64,000 nucleotides of DNA from Lingula anatina (Eukaryota; Animalia; Brachiopoda), in contig CM120642.1 in NCBI GenBank assembly GCA_051362555.1, forward strand, positions 33,666,001 through 33,730,000, read 5' to 3'. The notes beneath the pieces were generated by a model. The model saw only the letters and a program-made list of their open reading frames with translations, did not search any database and was not told the DNA's origin. Made by a program: the position numbers and the translations under genes. How positions within the stretch are numbered: position 1 is the first letter of the stretch; each line of letters begins with the position of its first letter. Below are positions 23,245 to 37,347 of this stretch, one piece after another.

Positions 23245-25195
23245 GGGTAGAGGAAGCCCCTAGGAAAAGTCACCTGTAATATTTCACAGAGTTGTACATG
23301 TATTACTATAAAACCCAAAGTTAAAAAATCATCAAAATAAATAAATAAATAAAAACTGCCAGTACATGTAGCTTGGGCCTAAAACCATACTAATCCACTA
23401 TACTGTGTAAAGGCAAGGATATATATTAAAGTTACATACACACATTCTTAATGCAAACCAGCTTGATACTTTAACTGAATGAGATTCTACAGTGTGAAAT
23501 AGAATAGCTAGTGGTCAGTATAATTTGTCAGGTAGAATAGCCTTTGTGGAATGTTGACTACTTTTGGTGATAAATGGTATTTTGGGTAACAAGCACCACA
23601 AGAGGAGGTACAGTGACAGAGAAGAGCACTAAGTAGCAGATCTTTAGAACATTTAAAGAAAATTCAATCTTTAGTCTCTGTTGTTTGGGTGACTTTATTA
23701 CCTCAGCCAAGATGTTTTGGCCTTTGTTGGTTTGCAGTAACAGTCTTACTCTTAAAGTAGGGAAAATTTGGATAAATTTTAGAGGATGGATCAGAAATTA
23801 GCTCACTGAGAATCACATTGATTTTAGTGATGTTTTTTTTTAATTTAAAAATGAGAAATTCGCTACCTTGGCAGTCTGCATTCTCAGAGTGTCCTTCTAG
23901 TTTCAAATATCAGATTTTATGGACAGAGGGAACTTTTACATAATGAAGCAGCTAGTGGTGGAGGGTTTGGTTTTACATTTTAGATGACTGCATTTCAGGA
24001 TGAAAGGGATATACACAATAGGCCCTCATCTTAGGTTTTCTTCTCTTTCCTTATTTGCACCCTTCCCCCCCCCCCCCCCCCCCCCAAGTATACACACATA
24101 CACGTGTTGATTCAACAGCCCTAGCTTCCCTTATTCTACTTCCCACCCACTAGTGCAATGTTTTTTTTTTACTGTAAGCAAATATTAATGTTATTTTTGT
24201 CACCAAACCCTTCCCCCCCCCCCCATCCTTCATTTTACTAGGGTTACAAATTTTTAACTTAATGAAATGCATTTTTATTGCTGTATATAATGTGAAAAAT
24301 ATTCTTTGCAAAATATTGTAGAAGCTAGTTATTGTCACTAGACATGATTTATATATTTATATAATAATGTTTGGTCATTTTCATTGTAAAATATTAGAAA
24401 TATTACTATAATTATTATTAAAAGACTGATGACTGATAAGATAAAAGTTGCCCCACATAAACAGACCGAAGTGGCACAAAGTTTCCAGTGGATTAAATTA
24501 ACAACAGGATATCAGAAGATGTGTGGGTTGATCTGTTTCTTTATATACTGCAATATTTACACAATATGGACTATAATCAAAGCAAACCGTGATATTGATA
24601 ACTGTAGATAAGTGGAGGTAACACGTCTGGTGCAGGTAAGGCCAGAGAGGAGGTAGGCTGATATGATTATTTCAAGGTACACAATGTGGGATTGGGCCGT
24701 GATTTCATGACAACTGTTTAGTGTTGGGCAGATAAGTTTTCTTTTAACAAATGCGATCATTAATTTAAGTTATTGAAGTCACGGCCTAACTGTATGCATG
24801 AATTATATTTACTTGTTTTATTCAGATGTTGGACCCATTATACACGAATAATGGGTCCAAGTTTTATATGACTTAATGATTATGAATTACATTTTCGGAT
24901 TTTTTTTTCATGTACTTAGACAGCATATTGAGGTTACATTTGTTCACAGCAGTGAGGAGTTTTTGAATATTTACTTCTGAGAATCTCTGTTGAAATTTTA
25001 ATGTTGTCTTTTTCATAACAAAAGGAAGATTAGACAATTGCACGCCCCTCATCTTTCTCAAAGTACATTGAAACATACATATAAGTTTAGAAGTAGCACC
25101 CTGTTTAATGTCATGTTGGAAGGAATGGAATATACTAAGTACTAGATTATATTTTGATATGAATGATAACTTTTTTCAGATTATCAAGAGGATAA

Positions 25196-27817
25196 ATGGC
25201 AGAAACGGTGGACTTGGATAATATCTTGTTGTGGAAACGGGGGATTAGTGGGCATGGTGAGTTTTTTTTCTTGTTTTTTCAACTATCTATAAATGTTGCA
25301 ATCACAGTGCCACCATGCTGACAGACATTAAACAAATGTTTGCCAAAAATTTGTCCATTTTTGTAACATTAATATTGACATTGTTAAATGGGAGATAGGG
25401 GTAATCAACTCGTACTTGGCTATCCAAGGGCATTGATGTCCTAGGTGCATAGGAATCTTTGCATTGTTCAAACATGCATGAATTAGCAATACTTGTTCAA
25501 AAAGTGATTAATCTTCTTTATGTTAAAATAGGATTAATGAAATGATTCCACAGGTAAGTACACCTTAGTAAAACTGGTTCTTGGCATAAATACTACGACA
25601 TAAATTACACAAAGGAAAAATATAATTCACTTAAGTAGACATGCAGTGACATTCCAAATAAGACTTATCTGATAATCATTGATCTTTTTATATCTTTCAA
25701 AAGTCTAGGTTTAAAATATGGTGCTATCTCCACATGTTTGGAAATGAGTTTAATATTCCATTGGCTGTGTATCATCACCAGTGTGAATGAGCACAGTTTA
25801 TCTGAGATAAAATGGGGCTTGTAAAAAAGAGGCTATTGTTTTTCATATACCCGTAGCAGAAAGTTAAAAAAGATGCACTCAGTTGCTCTCTTAAATTGAG
25901 AACTATTAGTGACTATCTTTAAATGTGTCTGCTTTAATTCTTTTACACATGCAGGTGTCTTGAGCTCTGTGGAGACAGTTTATCATTTAAACAGGATATT
26001 AGACATATACTGCCTTCAGTTATAATTGATAAATTACAGAAAGACCACAGTTCACCAAACACTTGAAGCTTTTGTCAGTTTTTAATCTGGGTCACTGATG
26101 ACTAGAGTTAAGATGATATGTAATTTTGAAATTCTTAATTACCTCCTGAAAATAGCTGTGTCTTTTTTATTTATAGTTTTACAGATAATGATTTCACTGA
26201 ATTTAATTAATTTCTGAAACAATACATTCTTATCTGTTTTAAAATTTTAACTGCATGAATGAAAAAGTACATACTGAAAATCTTTATATAGAATAGTCTT
26301 TATATGAGTGCATTGAGAGATATCTGTCTCTATTACTGTCTTTAAAGTACTCTGCCCCCCCCCCTCCCCTTCCTGATGCCGTGAGTTTGCAGAGGTCACT
26401 TGAAACTGCACTAGGTACGTGTGCGGCAAACTGAGAAACAAATTCACTCAATCACAAAATAGACAAAAATCAATTTAAGATCCAGATCTCTCTCTACGAG
26501 CAGATCTGCATGTGATGTCCACTTTTCTGGTACATTAAAGCTGGCTGCCTGTCTTGTGGTTATAAAAGTGACCATAATTGCGAGGTGTCCGTGTTTTGTG
26601 GTGGCTAGATGTGATGTTGACATGTGATAAGACGGCAGATATTGTGATCTGTGGTTTATTTTCTGTCTCCATTTCATTCATGATTGTGATTTTTCATGAT
26701 ATACCCCGGTAATTGTCGGAAGTTATTTTGGTTTCATTTTTGTACCAAAGAATTGTTTATTTGTTGAATTACTACCTGTACTAGAACTGGGCAGGTAACA
26801 CTTTAAACTTACCACTACTGAAGGAGCTCAGCAGGTGCTTGCATGTCGATTGCACACTACTGTTAAACTTTCTTACTACTTCATTCTTATTCATAATGTG
26901 GTTTAAAACATTCCTGCTTGACTCAGATTATGAGGTATGTACTTTTGATGCAATTGTAAATCAATTGTATGTAACTTTGTCTTCTCTCCTACTGGGTACT
27001 TTCATTTCTACGATTAGAATGATTTTGCTGAATATGTCTATGATATATGGGCATTTAACTAATATGCTACGATTAGAATGATTTTGCTGAATATGTCTAT
27101 GATATATGGGCATTTAACTAATATGCTACGATTAGAATGATTTTGCTGAATATGTCTATGATATATGGGCATTTAACTAATATGCTAAATTATTTGCACA
27201 ATTATACTTTGTTTATTTTTAAATGTGCACAGTAGTATTTTTCCTTGATTGTGAATTAATGTATTACAAGGTTTTAGTAGATCTAAGATTTTAAGTACTG
27301 GTAATGTCATAAAAAATTGTGGCAGTTATACCTGTTACAGTACTAACATATTTTGCATGGTACAAAGTATTATCAGTGCAACCGTTAAAGAAATTGAGAT
27401 GCTGCATGGTGCAATGCACTCAACTTTTTCTTTGCCATTTTAACATACATACAATAAGGATAATGATAGGATCTTATGTACAACTTGTATCAGCCCTCAC
27501 ATACTCAGCTAACTTTACAGTAATGTTCGCTCTAGATTGTCATACTCTCAGCCATCATAATATCTGTGATGTGTTAAATACCCAGGTGTAGAATTGATTA
27601 GAATGTACTCTCTTAATGGGGCACATACCTGTGGGTCACTCGTTAACCTCTAGTCTCTTCAGGGACACATTAATTAGGGAATTAAGACAGGTAGTCCTCA
27701 TTAAGATTCTTACACACATTCATGTAGCTTCTGGGTATGAGTGCAAAGATATCTTAGCTTTTGATGTTCAAACTGACCAAATGCATTGTTCACCAGGGTT
27801 AGTGGCTTATTAGTGTC

Positions 27818-27868
<51 letters not shown>

Positions 27869-28579
27869 TTTTTGCTGTTGACAAAAATTATAACTTTTAA
27901 TATTTGAAAAGATATGTGTATAATTCTTATTTTTTATAAATAATATAATTATTTAATTGTGGTTTGTCTATTATTGATTAGATTTAAAGTTTATTTGATT
28001 TAATATATTAAGCTCATTGTTAGTGACAACTTCATAAGTTATATAGTCCAGATAATACATCATAATTTGTATCTGTCTGAGCAGTGCCTTCATTTCTATT
28101 TGTTTTACAAGGTATAATAATGTCTTTAATTGGTTTTGAGAAGTTTATCCAAGTCATTAAGACTTTATTGAACTTTTGATCCCATTGACACTGTTTATCT
28201 TATTCATTTGTCCCAAATGGTCATTAAAGCTGACCTGTGTGTAATTATCTTATTAATGTTAATTAATGTTAATTAGTGGCAATTAAGTGTACAACCTTTG
28301 GGCCATTATAATTTATGACTTAGTTCGCATTGAATACTAAGTCCCCTAGCCAGGGGGTTCGGGAAAAGGTCCCTTTTGGTTAAAATTTTATCTAGGTACA
28401 TGAAGGTTTCGTGGTAAAAGGTCCACGTTTTCAGAAAAAGAATCATCCTTTTGAAATTGCTGGCTACAGGCCTGATACTTAAACCACAGGATTTGTGTAA
28501 AATATCCATGGAGTCCAATGGTTTGATTTGACTAAAATGAAGTAATGTTGACTTATTTGCCTATGTTTGAGATATATAT

Positions 28580-28610
<31 letters not shown>

Positions 28611-31600
28611 TTGCACTGGTATTACTTGACAGGATGTTTTGTGTATTAAAAGTGGCATAAGTTATAAACTACATGTAGCTCTCCATGTATCTGATATAAA
28701 AACATTTTAATGCTTGCCATGGCAGTAACAGCTTATTCCGTGACTTTGTGACCATGTTAATCTCAATTTAAATCAGGGTCAATACAAGATTAAAAGAGAT
28801 AACTGGATAATTAAAGATGGATTAATTAGGAGAGGAATTAAGGTGTGATTATTGTGTTTGGAGATGAGGTTCAGAGATGCCCCACACCAAACTGTCAAAA
28901 CTTCTTTTGCCTTTAAAGCATTATAGGACAGTTGCTTGTCACACCGAGTCGTTAAGTCATTGTGTCACTTGGTGTACATACAGGAGGTGACACATTACCA
29001 ACAGCAGTAACAGCATTTTCTGTAATTTGTAATATAAAAGCAAGAACAAAATGTACACATGTAAGTATAAATTTACAAATATTTACTTGGAAGTAACATC
29101 ATTGTGGTAGTTAACTTGGGAGTGAATTGATAGGATGTATGTGTACCACTGACATGATAGTACGGATAGAAGCCATAAGCTGTTATTTGATTAATTCTGG
29201 CACTGATAAACACCAAATCTTTATTTTATACAAAAAAAAAAAAAATACAGTAACTACTTGTTTTGGCCAGTTCTGTAAAATATTGGTAAAACTTAAAATT
29301 CAAAGAGTGGATAACACCTCTTCCATAAGAATGTTGAAGAATGACAATACTGTAGGCTGATATGTTCAATTTTCTGGACATAATCCAAAATTCCTGCCTA
29401 ATATGCCAGAGTGTGAGGGTATATCCCAGGTCAGTACGTTGTAGCTGTCACAATACCCCACAGTTATTGAAGGTTTGACAACATCAGTTATGGAACAAGA
29501 AAATATCCTAAGTGCTACTGTAATTCTGTAATTGCCTGGCATTGGCGTCACTGTTCTTTTGGTCATCAAGTGTTTATTGGACAGAAAATATGCCCTGTAT
29601 TGTTACGGTGGTAATAATGGCTGAGGATTTACCAAATTAGTCCTAGAGGCAGATCTTAGCTTATTTGTAAAAGTACATGTGTATGAAATAAAGTGGAGAA
29701 GGCTTTTTGGTGTACAGTTTGTTTGTATTTGTTTTTTTTTTTTTTTTTTTGTTTTTTCAATAAAAAATTCACCCTAACATTAGCTTTTTATCTGTTTGTT
29801 TGTCTTTTTACTTACAATTATTGTTTATTTATTATCCATTTTTCTTCAGGTATCATTGATACCTTTATTAATTTCTTGCTTATTAAATTGTTTACTTGTT
29901 TGTTTTTTTGTATGTTTTTTATTTGTACAGTTATTTAGTATATTTAGTTTTGCAGTTCATTCACATATTAGCAAATAGTGTAACAGTGATTTTTATTTTT
30001 ATTTTTATTATTTATTTGTTTATTAAAGTTTACTTTTTTATTTAAAACTATTAGCACGTACCAGTACCAGGTACTTGTATACCTCCCTGTAAACATCACA
30101 GACCATACCAGACCCCCTGGGGTTATTTACTGCCCCTTAATTCACTGTCCACTTAGCCCCCGGCCACTTGACTGGCCAGGTAACAAGATAATAACACACC
30201 GAGGCCGAGATGTCCCCTGTAGTTATGAGATTATGACAGTGTCACGGCCACATTACCTGCTGTTAGTGACACTGTTTGCACACTAGGTATATGGTGGCCT
30301 GTTTTTCAGGCTTCTTCACTGACCAGGCTCCTGTTTAATAAATATTATATACTGTAATAATGTATATATACCAGATCACTTAAAATTATAGATTTTGGTC
30401 CAGCAAATAAATATTTGAATTTCTTCAACACTTCAAATTATTTGTTATATTTATTTAATTATTTATTTTTTATTTTAATTTTTTGGTTATGAGAAACGGA
30501 CTTAAGAGTGCTCTGAAGTTCACAGAGTTGAAGATGTTTTAAAATCAAAATTTGTAATGAAGGGGGATTCAAAAGGGAAATAAAAAATTGCATTGAAGAA
30601 GAGAGTAGAATATAAAATGTTTTTTCTTTATTATTATTGTACCACCAGCGTAGGCGCTGGCGATACACATGGTTTTAGTCCCGACCCGCATGTTCCGCTG
30701 GCTCCGCCGGCTCCTCTGGCTCCGCCGCCATCTCACCGTTACCGCTTCTCCTCCTAGACGGTAAGGGCCTCAATACCCATCTCTTGGATTTAGGTCACCT
30801 ATAATCTCAACTCGTTCCACGTAAAATTTGGGCTTTGTCGGTGCTGGGGTCTAGGTGTAGCACTCATTGCAATGCACCCTTGTCCAAAAATGGCAAAATT
30901 AAATGCTAATTATCTACCCTACGGAAGGAATTATGGGAAAAATTTCTACAGACGGCTATCCAAAAGTCATATGTGGAGATTTCAAATATGCCCTTAAATT
31001 TGACCTTTGACCTTTATTTCAAGGTCAAACGAGCCCAAATTTTCAAAAAAACTAAATTTTTTTCAAAAAAAAAATTATTTGCGCTGATATTCAGAAACTA
31101 CACAGACCTAACCTATAATATTATTGGAAGGTGCTACCCTTTGGGTCATCTTTCATCTCTGTGAATTTGGGGTCAACCGGTGCATTTTCCTGGGAGTAGC
31201 GGCCATAATATAACGAAATTGAAAACTGTCTCTAATTCGGGAACCGTTAATGCTAGAGACCCATTCTTTTTTGCATTTTGTAGAGCATGTAAAGCCCAAC
31301 ACTAAAGTGGTCTCCGTTTTTTTGTATTCCATACGGTTTTCGAGTTATGCTGTATCAAAAAGTACATTGTGGTGGTGAAAGCAAAATGTGCAATATGGTA
31401 ATGGATAACAAATTTTGAACTCCGGGAAAATAAAACATAAGGCTTGGCGAGGCAGACAACTTCTGGTCAAAAATGACATTATTTCATGAAATTTGAACAT
31501 CTGGAACTTCTGAGCACCTCCCATTTCAAGAATTTCAACCAAAATGACCTTTTCTTTATTTTAATTAATTTTTTCTGTAGAAAATTTATGGCACATTACT

Positions 31601-34546
31601 CCAAAACTGAAACATTTAGTCCCTTATATCTCCAAAACTGGCAGAGATAGGTCCATAGTTACTATTAAAGTTGAATAGGTAGTCACATACTGGCAATCTA
31701 ACTGTGACCTTGAAATTGACCTTTGACCTACTTTTCACTATGAACTGAACTTTGTAACGTTTAAGTCCCTTATATCTCCAAAACTGGCAAAGAAATGCCC
31801 ATAGTTACTATTGAACTTGAATAGGAAGTCATATACTGGCAATCTTACTATGACCTTTAAATTGATCTTTGACCTACTTTTCACCATTAACTGAACTTTG
31901 CAAATTTCGTTCCCTTTTATCTCCAAAACTGGCAGAGATAGGTCCATACTTACTATTGAACTTGAATAGGAAGTCATACTGGCAATCTAAGTGTGACCTT
32001 GAAATTGACCTTTGACCTACTTTTCATCATGAATTGAACTTTTAAATTTTGGTTCCCTTTTATCTCCAAAACTGGCAGAGATAGGTCCATAGTTACTATT
32101 GAAGTTGAATAGGAAGTCTTATACTGGTAATCTTACTGTGACCTTGAAATTGACCTTTGACCTACTTTACACCATAAACTGAACTTTGCAACTTTTTTAA
32201 TGCTTATACTTTCAAAACTGGCAAAGATACCCCCATGGTTACTATTGAATTTGAATAGAAAGTCATTAGAGGCAATTTACTATGACCTTAAAATTGACCT
32301 TTGACCTACTTTTCACCATTAACTGAACTTTGCAAATTTCCGTTCCCTTTTATCTTCAAAACTGGCAGAGATGGGTCCATAGTTACTATTGAAGTTGAAT
32401 AGGAAGTTTTATACTGGTAATTTTACTGTGACCTTGAAATTGACCTTTGACCTACTTTTTATGATGAACTGCTTTTTGCATTTTTTCTGGCCTTTAAATC
32501 TGCAAAATTGGCAAAGAAATGCCCATGGTTACTATTGAACTTGAATAGAAATTTATATACAATGATATTGAAATTGACCTTTGACCTACTTTTTCACCAT
32601 GAACTGAGCTTTGTATATTTTCTTGCCCCTCATATCTTCAAAACTAGCAGAGATGTGCTCGGTGTTGCCCCTAGGTTTTCTCTATTGTCAGCATATATGC
32701 ACCACTGACAACACATTTCAAGGAAAGCCAATAGGCCTTTTGTCTAGAGAATCACATGAGTGATCAATGGTAGGAAAATGCAGGTCAATTCGAAAATCTG
32801 CTTGATTGGACCATTTTTAGTTATATTTTTTTGCATATTTTGAGAACTCTTGTTGATTGCATTTTATAGAGCTTGTCAAGCACAAGACTGGTGATAGTGT
32901 CCCTTTTTTTGGGGGTTGTTTCCATACGAATGTGCTTACTCCAGCTGGTGGTACAATATTCGGAGGCGGTATCGCCTCTCTGATCCTCTAGTTATTTTTT
33001 GTTTTTTGTCTTATTATGTTTTACCAGACATTTAGCCATAGGCTTGACTATGTCAAATTATAGGTTTTAGTTCTGCGTTCTGTAATTTTCTGTCTCCAGT
33101 ACCAAAGGAGAGGCTGGGCTGGGTGGGTGCAGACCCTATGGCCCCTGGGCTTTTTTTTATTATTTTTTTAAGGAAGAGGCCATTTGAGACAGCACATTGT
33201 TTGCAGGTACATTGATAAAGGGTTTCATAAGATGGTTGTTAACAGAAGATATTTTGTGGGAAAAAAGGGAATTTTTTTTAGGATTGAAACATTCAGCACA
33301 TCGTTTGCAGGTACAGGTACACTTTTATTAAGATGCGTTCATGTCAAAATATGAAAGCCTCTTGTGACAGCCTCTTGTAATGATATCATGTAATAACCTA
33401 GTTACAGTTTGTAGCTTTTGGAGTTGAGTCAAATTTATATTTTGCTACATGGTCTTTTGCTGGTTTGGGTCACCTGTTAAGTACAAAGCTGTGTGCATGA
33501 CTGTATCAAATTCTACTCCGCAAGAAAATATTTTACTACATTTTGATATTCTCACAAAAATTAGTTGAGGCATTCCAATTCCTTGCACTTTAATGTTTAA
33601 AGTATGATTTGAGAGTTTCCATGTCATTTAAAGTTTGCATTTGTGTTTAACCTTGGTTGTTGAATATTTACATAAGTTCTGAATATTATAGGTCAAAGAG
33701 AAGATTTCTAATGTAATATTTTACAAAGTTACCACAGTGTAGCATGCAAGCATGGCTGCCTTCTCTTATCAATCTCAAGTTCAGGTAGTAATCTTGACGC
33801 CTACTGAAATAACACTAGCCTATTATTATGTACGCTTAGTATTCAAATCAGACTACATATTAGTTGTGTTGAAAACTATTTTATTTCTTACGTGGCAAAG
33901 GTGAAGTTTTATAATAACTTTATAATAGGGAGAGGAAATGATTTTCCTTTTTTAACAAAATGAAAAATAAAACACCCCTCAGTTTAAAAGCAATCAGGAA
34001 AGCAAATGGTGTGCTATGTTTAATATGAGTGAGTGACAGTCATTTATAGGTCATAATGTGTTGAAAGCTATTGAAGATATTTTGTGGGAATAAGGATATT
34101 TTTCTTATGATTGAAACATTCAGTTCAGCCGTAAAACCTGATGTCCAGTTTGTGATTTTGATGCAAATGTTCATATGATATTTATTACAAGTCATTCGTC
34201 CTTTTGTTGGAGCAGCTATCAATTGCTTTCATCCCATTTCTGTCTCTGTTCAATGAGGTGGTTTAAGGCTGGGCTAGAAACTATATGATCAGATGTTCAC
34301 TGATGTCATTCATGCTTTATTGATGTTAACATATTTTTGATAAAACATTGCTATTGCTCATAGCAAGGAAATATTTTATCAGTCATATCAATCATTTACC
34401 ATTTCACTTCAATGGTTTTAAAAGGTTAAAACTAAATAATGTGTCATTACGGTTTTTTATTTCCAGTGAAGCAGTATAACAGTATTGGCTGGAGTAGGAC
34501 TATGTTTGCTGCTCACTATCTGGAAGAATACCAGGACATGATAACA
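25196..34546 (+). CDS. Two small N-terminal coding exons of an unidentified large gene
   Basis: Exon 25180-25256 (ttttttcag / gtgagt; ATG at 25196 directly after an in-frame TAA) joins in phase 1 to exon 34467-34546 (tttttatttccag / gtaagt), giving MAETVDLDNILLWKRGISGHVKQYNSIGWSRTMFAAHYLEEYQDMIT and ending in phase 0. No homolog recognised. Confidence 0.6.
27008..27187 (+). repeat. Perfect 59-bp tandem repeat, 3 copies
   Basis: ctacgattagaatgattttgctgaatatgtctatgatatatgggcatttaactaatatg starts at 27008, 27067 and 27126. Confidence 0.95.
27818..27870 (+). repeat. (TTTA)n microsatellite
   Basis: Seen directly; similar runs near 28580, 37320 and 37890. Confidence 0.9.
30635..32993 (+). mobile_element. 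Non-autonomous Helentron/DINE-1-like (HINE) element with internal tandem array
   Basis: 15-bp subterminal inverted repeats tattgtaccaccagc (30635-30649) and gctggtggtacaata (32944-32958); 5' hairpin ccagcg-tagg-cgctgg; 3' hairpin gaggcg-gtat-cgcctc (32963-32978) then ctagtt; T-rich flanks, no TSD or ORF seen. Confidence 0.8.
31621..32655 (+). repeat. ~145-bp satellite-like array (about 7 units plus a partial unit)
   Basis: Units start at ~31621, 31767, 31912, 32055, 32201, 32345, 32490, 32627 (ccct.tatctccaaaactggca ... tgaccttgaaattgacctttgacctactttt). Confidence 0.93.
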
Positions 34547-34564
34547 GTAAGTTATTTCTTAGAC

Positions 34565-34793
34565 TGGGTTCCCATACCTAGATCAATCTAATAGGATCGA
34601 TCCATCTCCAACATTTTTTTTAAAATTGCTTTTAGCTTAAGCGGCTTAAATCTCTGGCATGTCTACTGAAGCTACCAAACGATAATTAATTATCAGACAT
34701 CTAGGCTGCTTAACTTGATTGCAATTTAGTGAGAATCCCCTCGGTGATAGTTAGATCCACAGTTAGTATGATAGGGTCTGAGAATGGTCCCTT
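34565..34793 (-). mobile_element. MITE-like repeat family B, copy 2
   Basis: Inverted homolog of 73-260, lying just inside the intron after exon 34467-34546. Confidence 0.7.
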
Positions 34794-34848
34794 ATCCTTC
34801 ATGTGTCATCACCACATACACAGTTACAAACCCTGTGATCACTGAACT

Positions 34849-35088
34849 GGCCTGTAGCCAGGGAGGCTCTTTATGCTGAAAAAAATGCCCTTTTTGCCAC
34901 AAAGATCTGCCTTTATGCTGCATGTACTTTTGAAATTAGCATTTGATCATGAAATTCATATCTTCTTAATATCAAAAGTAAGAGTACAAAAAAATTAACA
35001 CAAACAACATTAAATTGTAAGCTCTACATTTTTTACTTTTAAGTACCCCATTTTACCTCTACCAACCTCTCATTCTGGCTATAGGCCT
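34849..35088. mobile_element. Degenerate MITE with ggcctgtagccag-type termini
   Basis: ggcctgtagccag at 34849 and inverted ctggctataggcc near 35075; related ends at ~28340-28473 and ~42650. Confidence 0.5.
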
Positions 35089-35439
35089 GTTACCTATACC
35101 TGAATGTCTGCCATATGTTATACTAAGTCTGATACTACTTGAAAAGAGATGCAGACTGTCATTTCTATTTGTGCGATATGCTCATATATTTAACATTCAC
35201 CAAAATTGCTTTTGATGCATTTTATTCTCATTTGCTTTTTGAGTCTTGGTATCCACAACAGCACTATGTTTTAAAATTTTTTAAATCTTATTTATAATTT
35301 TATTTCTTAATGATATGTCTTGTAAGTCTCAAGTAATAACCAAGATAATGGCTGTTCAACATGTATTGTGTTAGGTGTGACATTGCTCAACCTGGTGAAC
35401 ACTTGGTAGCAATCATGATTTGTATACCTAAAGATAAAC

Positions 35440-35470
<31 letters not shown>

Positions 35471-37316
35471 GAAAAGTAGTAGGATATTTGGATATGACAT
35501 AAGTGTAAATCTGTACCTGGTTGAGCTAGTTTATTTCTTCATCCACTCAGGTGTCTGTTGTTAACCTACATAACAGTATTACTTCATACCTGGACAAGAA
35601 GACCACCAACAAAGAGTTCAGGTAGTCTGTGCTGTGATCCTAGGCAGACATTACAGCATCCATACTGCCAACATCTTCTGACTATTATGTAATAAACAAT
35701 GGCATAACTCTTGAAAACAGTGGGAAGTCATTCTTAAAAGGTGTGCAGAATATTGTTTATGTGTTTAGTTGGTATGTATGATACAGAAATAAAACAGTTG
35801 AGTTAATGATCTCTAATTTGTTTGAGCAATAGCAAAAAAAAAAAGGTACCAAGTACTTTAGTCATCATTTGGTGTCTAGAAATAGTAACTAGAAATATAT
35901 AGGCTTTATCTGCTTGTGATGGCTTTTATCCTCATCTAGAAAACATGCAGATATATTAAGGAAATAAACCATTTTATGATTGTTTCAATAGGGCCCTGTC
36001 AATTATGGATAATGAACACTATCAGAAAAAGTTCCATATTATTTAATGCCTGGTATATATAGAAAATAGATGGGTTTGGTGAATACTTTGTGACTACCAC
36101 CTAGAGGTACCTTCCAGATAGAGTCAGGAAGATGAACTGTAGCACATATAATCACTTTAGTAATGTGTATGGACAGCATGGCACTGGAGAGGTATAAATA
36201 CAATACTGGGACTGTTACTAACCTAAAAATAGTAAATAAATAGGTTTAATGTCCCTGATGGTTGTCTTAGTCTTATCAGTGACCAGTGCTGACCAGTTTT
36301 GATGGCATAAATCATCATAGGTTACAATATTTTCAGTAAAAAAAAGGAGTTAGATGGATACCAGATAGTTTATCCTAACATTAATCTAGCAGTTTTCACC
36401 CATTATCTTTAAAAAAATGAAGATTTGTTTCCAGCCACCTTCCCACCTGCAATATCTGACCAGCAATGCACCCCACTGGTACACAGCATGTGGCTCTGTT
36501 GTCTAATAATGTATTATAACACCTGAGTGACACCTGATGTACTAATAAATCTGAAGTAATTTGTAAAATATGTGATAGACTGCAAGAGAAATATTTATTG
36601 TTTTTTTTACTCTCTCTCTCTCTCTTACAACTCAAAAAAGACATTTTGGTGCATAGATAGGTAACGTATTCATGCTGTTATACCTGAGCTTTATCAGAGA
36701 TATTTTTTGCTCTTTTTACAAGAAGTGCACAGTTTTAAACCATATTTCTGAAGATTTAAAGCTATGCAAGTCAATAATTTAGTGGGTGTGACTTGCAAGC
36801 ACTCTTGGCAGTATATCCTGTTGAAATTGAAAAGGAAGATTAGAAGTATAACAACCTGTTGGAGTTATTTAATTAGCATAATTATTACTTATCTGTGATC
36901 ACTTTTCATATCAGCTATGCTATCAGTACATCAGGAGCCTGCCCTACAATATGTTAGTGGCTACTTTTGTTGGTAAAACTCCAGGGGGGGGGGGGGGGGG
37001 GGTAAGCAATGTTTAGTTGTAGACATTGCTTTCATAAAACAAGTATCACCATTTCAGATACACATACAAGTCAAGGAAGCTGATAAATCATTAAGAACCG
37101 TATTTAGAAACTGGATAAATTGTTATTCAGGTTAAGATACTTTAGATCCCTGTGTGGACTGTCACAAAATCACAAGGAAAAGGTATCAGGACATGTTAAT
37201 TGTTTTTGAATTGTTTAGAGTGGTATAACTGAGGTTTTGGGTGTGTCTGATGCTTATCTAATGCAATTATCTGATTGATCTACTGACTAGGTGCTCTGGC
37301 TATAGTGTGCTTTGTC

Positions 37317-37347
<31 letters not shown>

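Noticed and set aside
31621-32655. Regular array as a possible CRISPR or coding repeat
   Set aside because: Whole units are homologous with no unique spacers, the period varies and is mostly not a multiple of three, and the context is eukaryotic with no cas genes.
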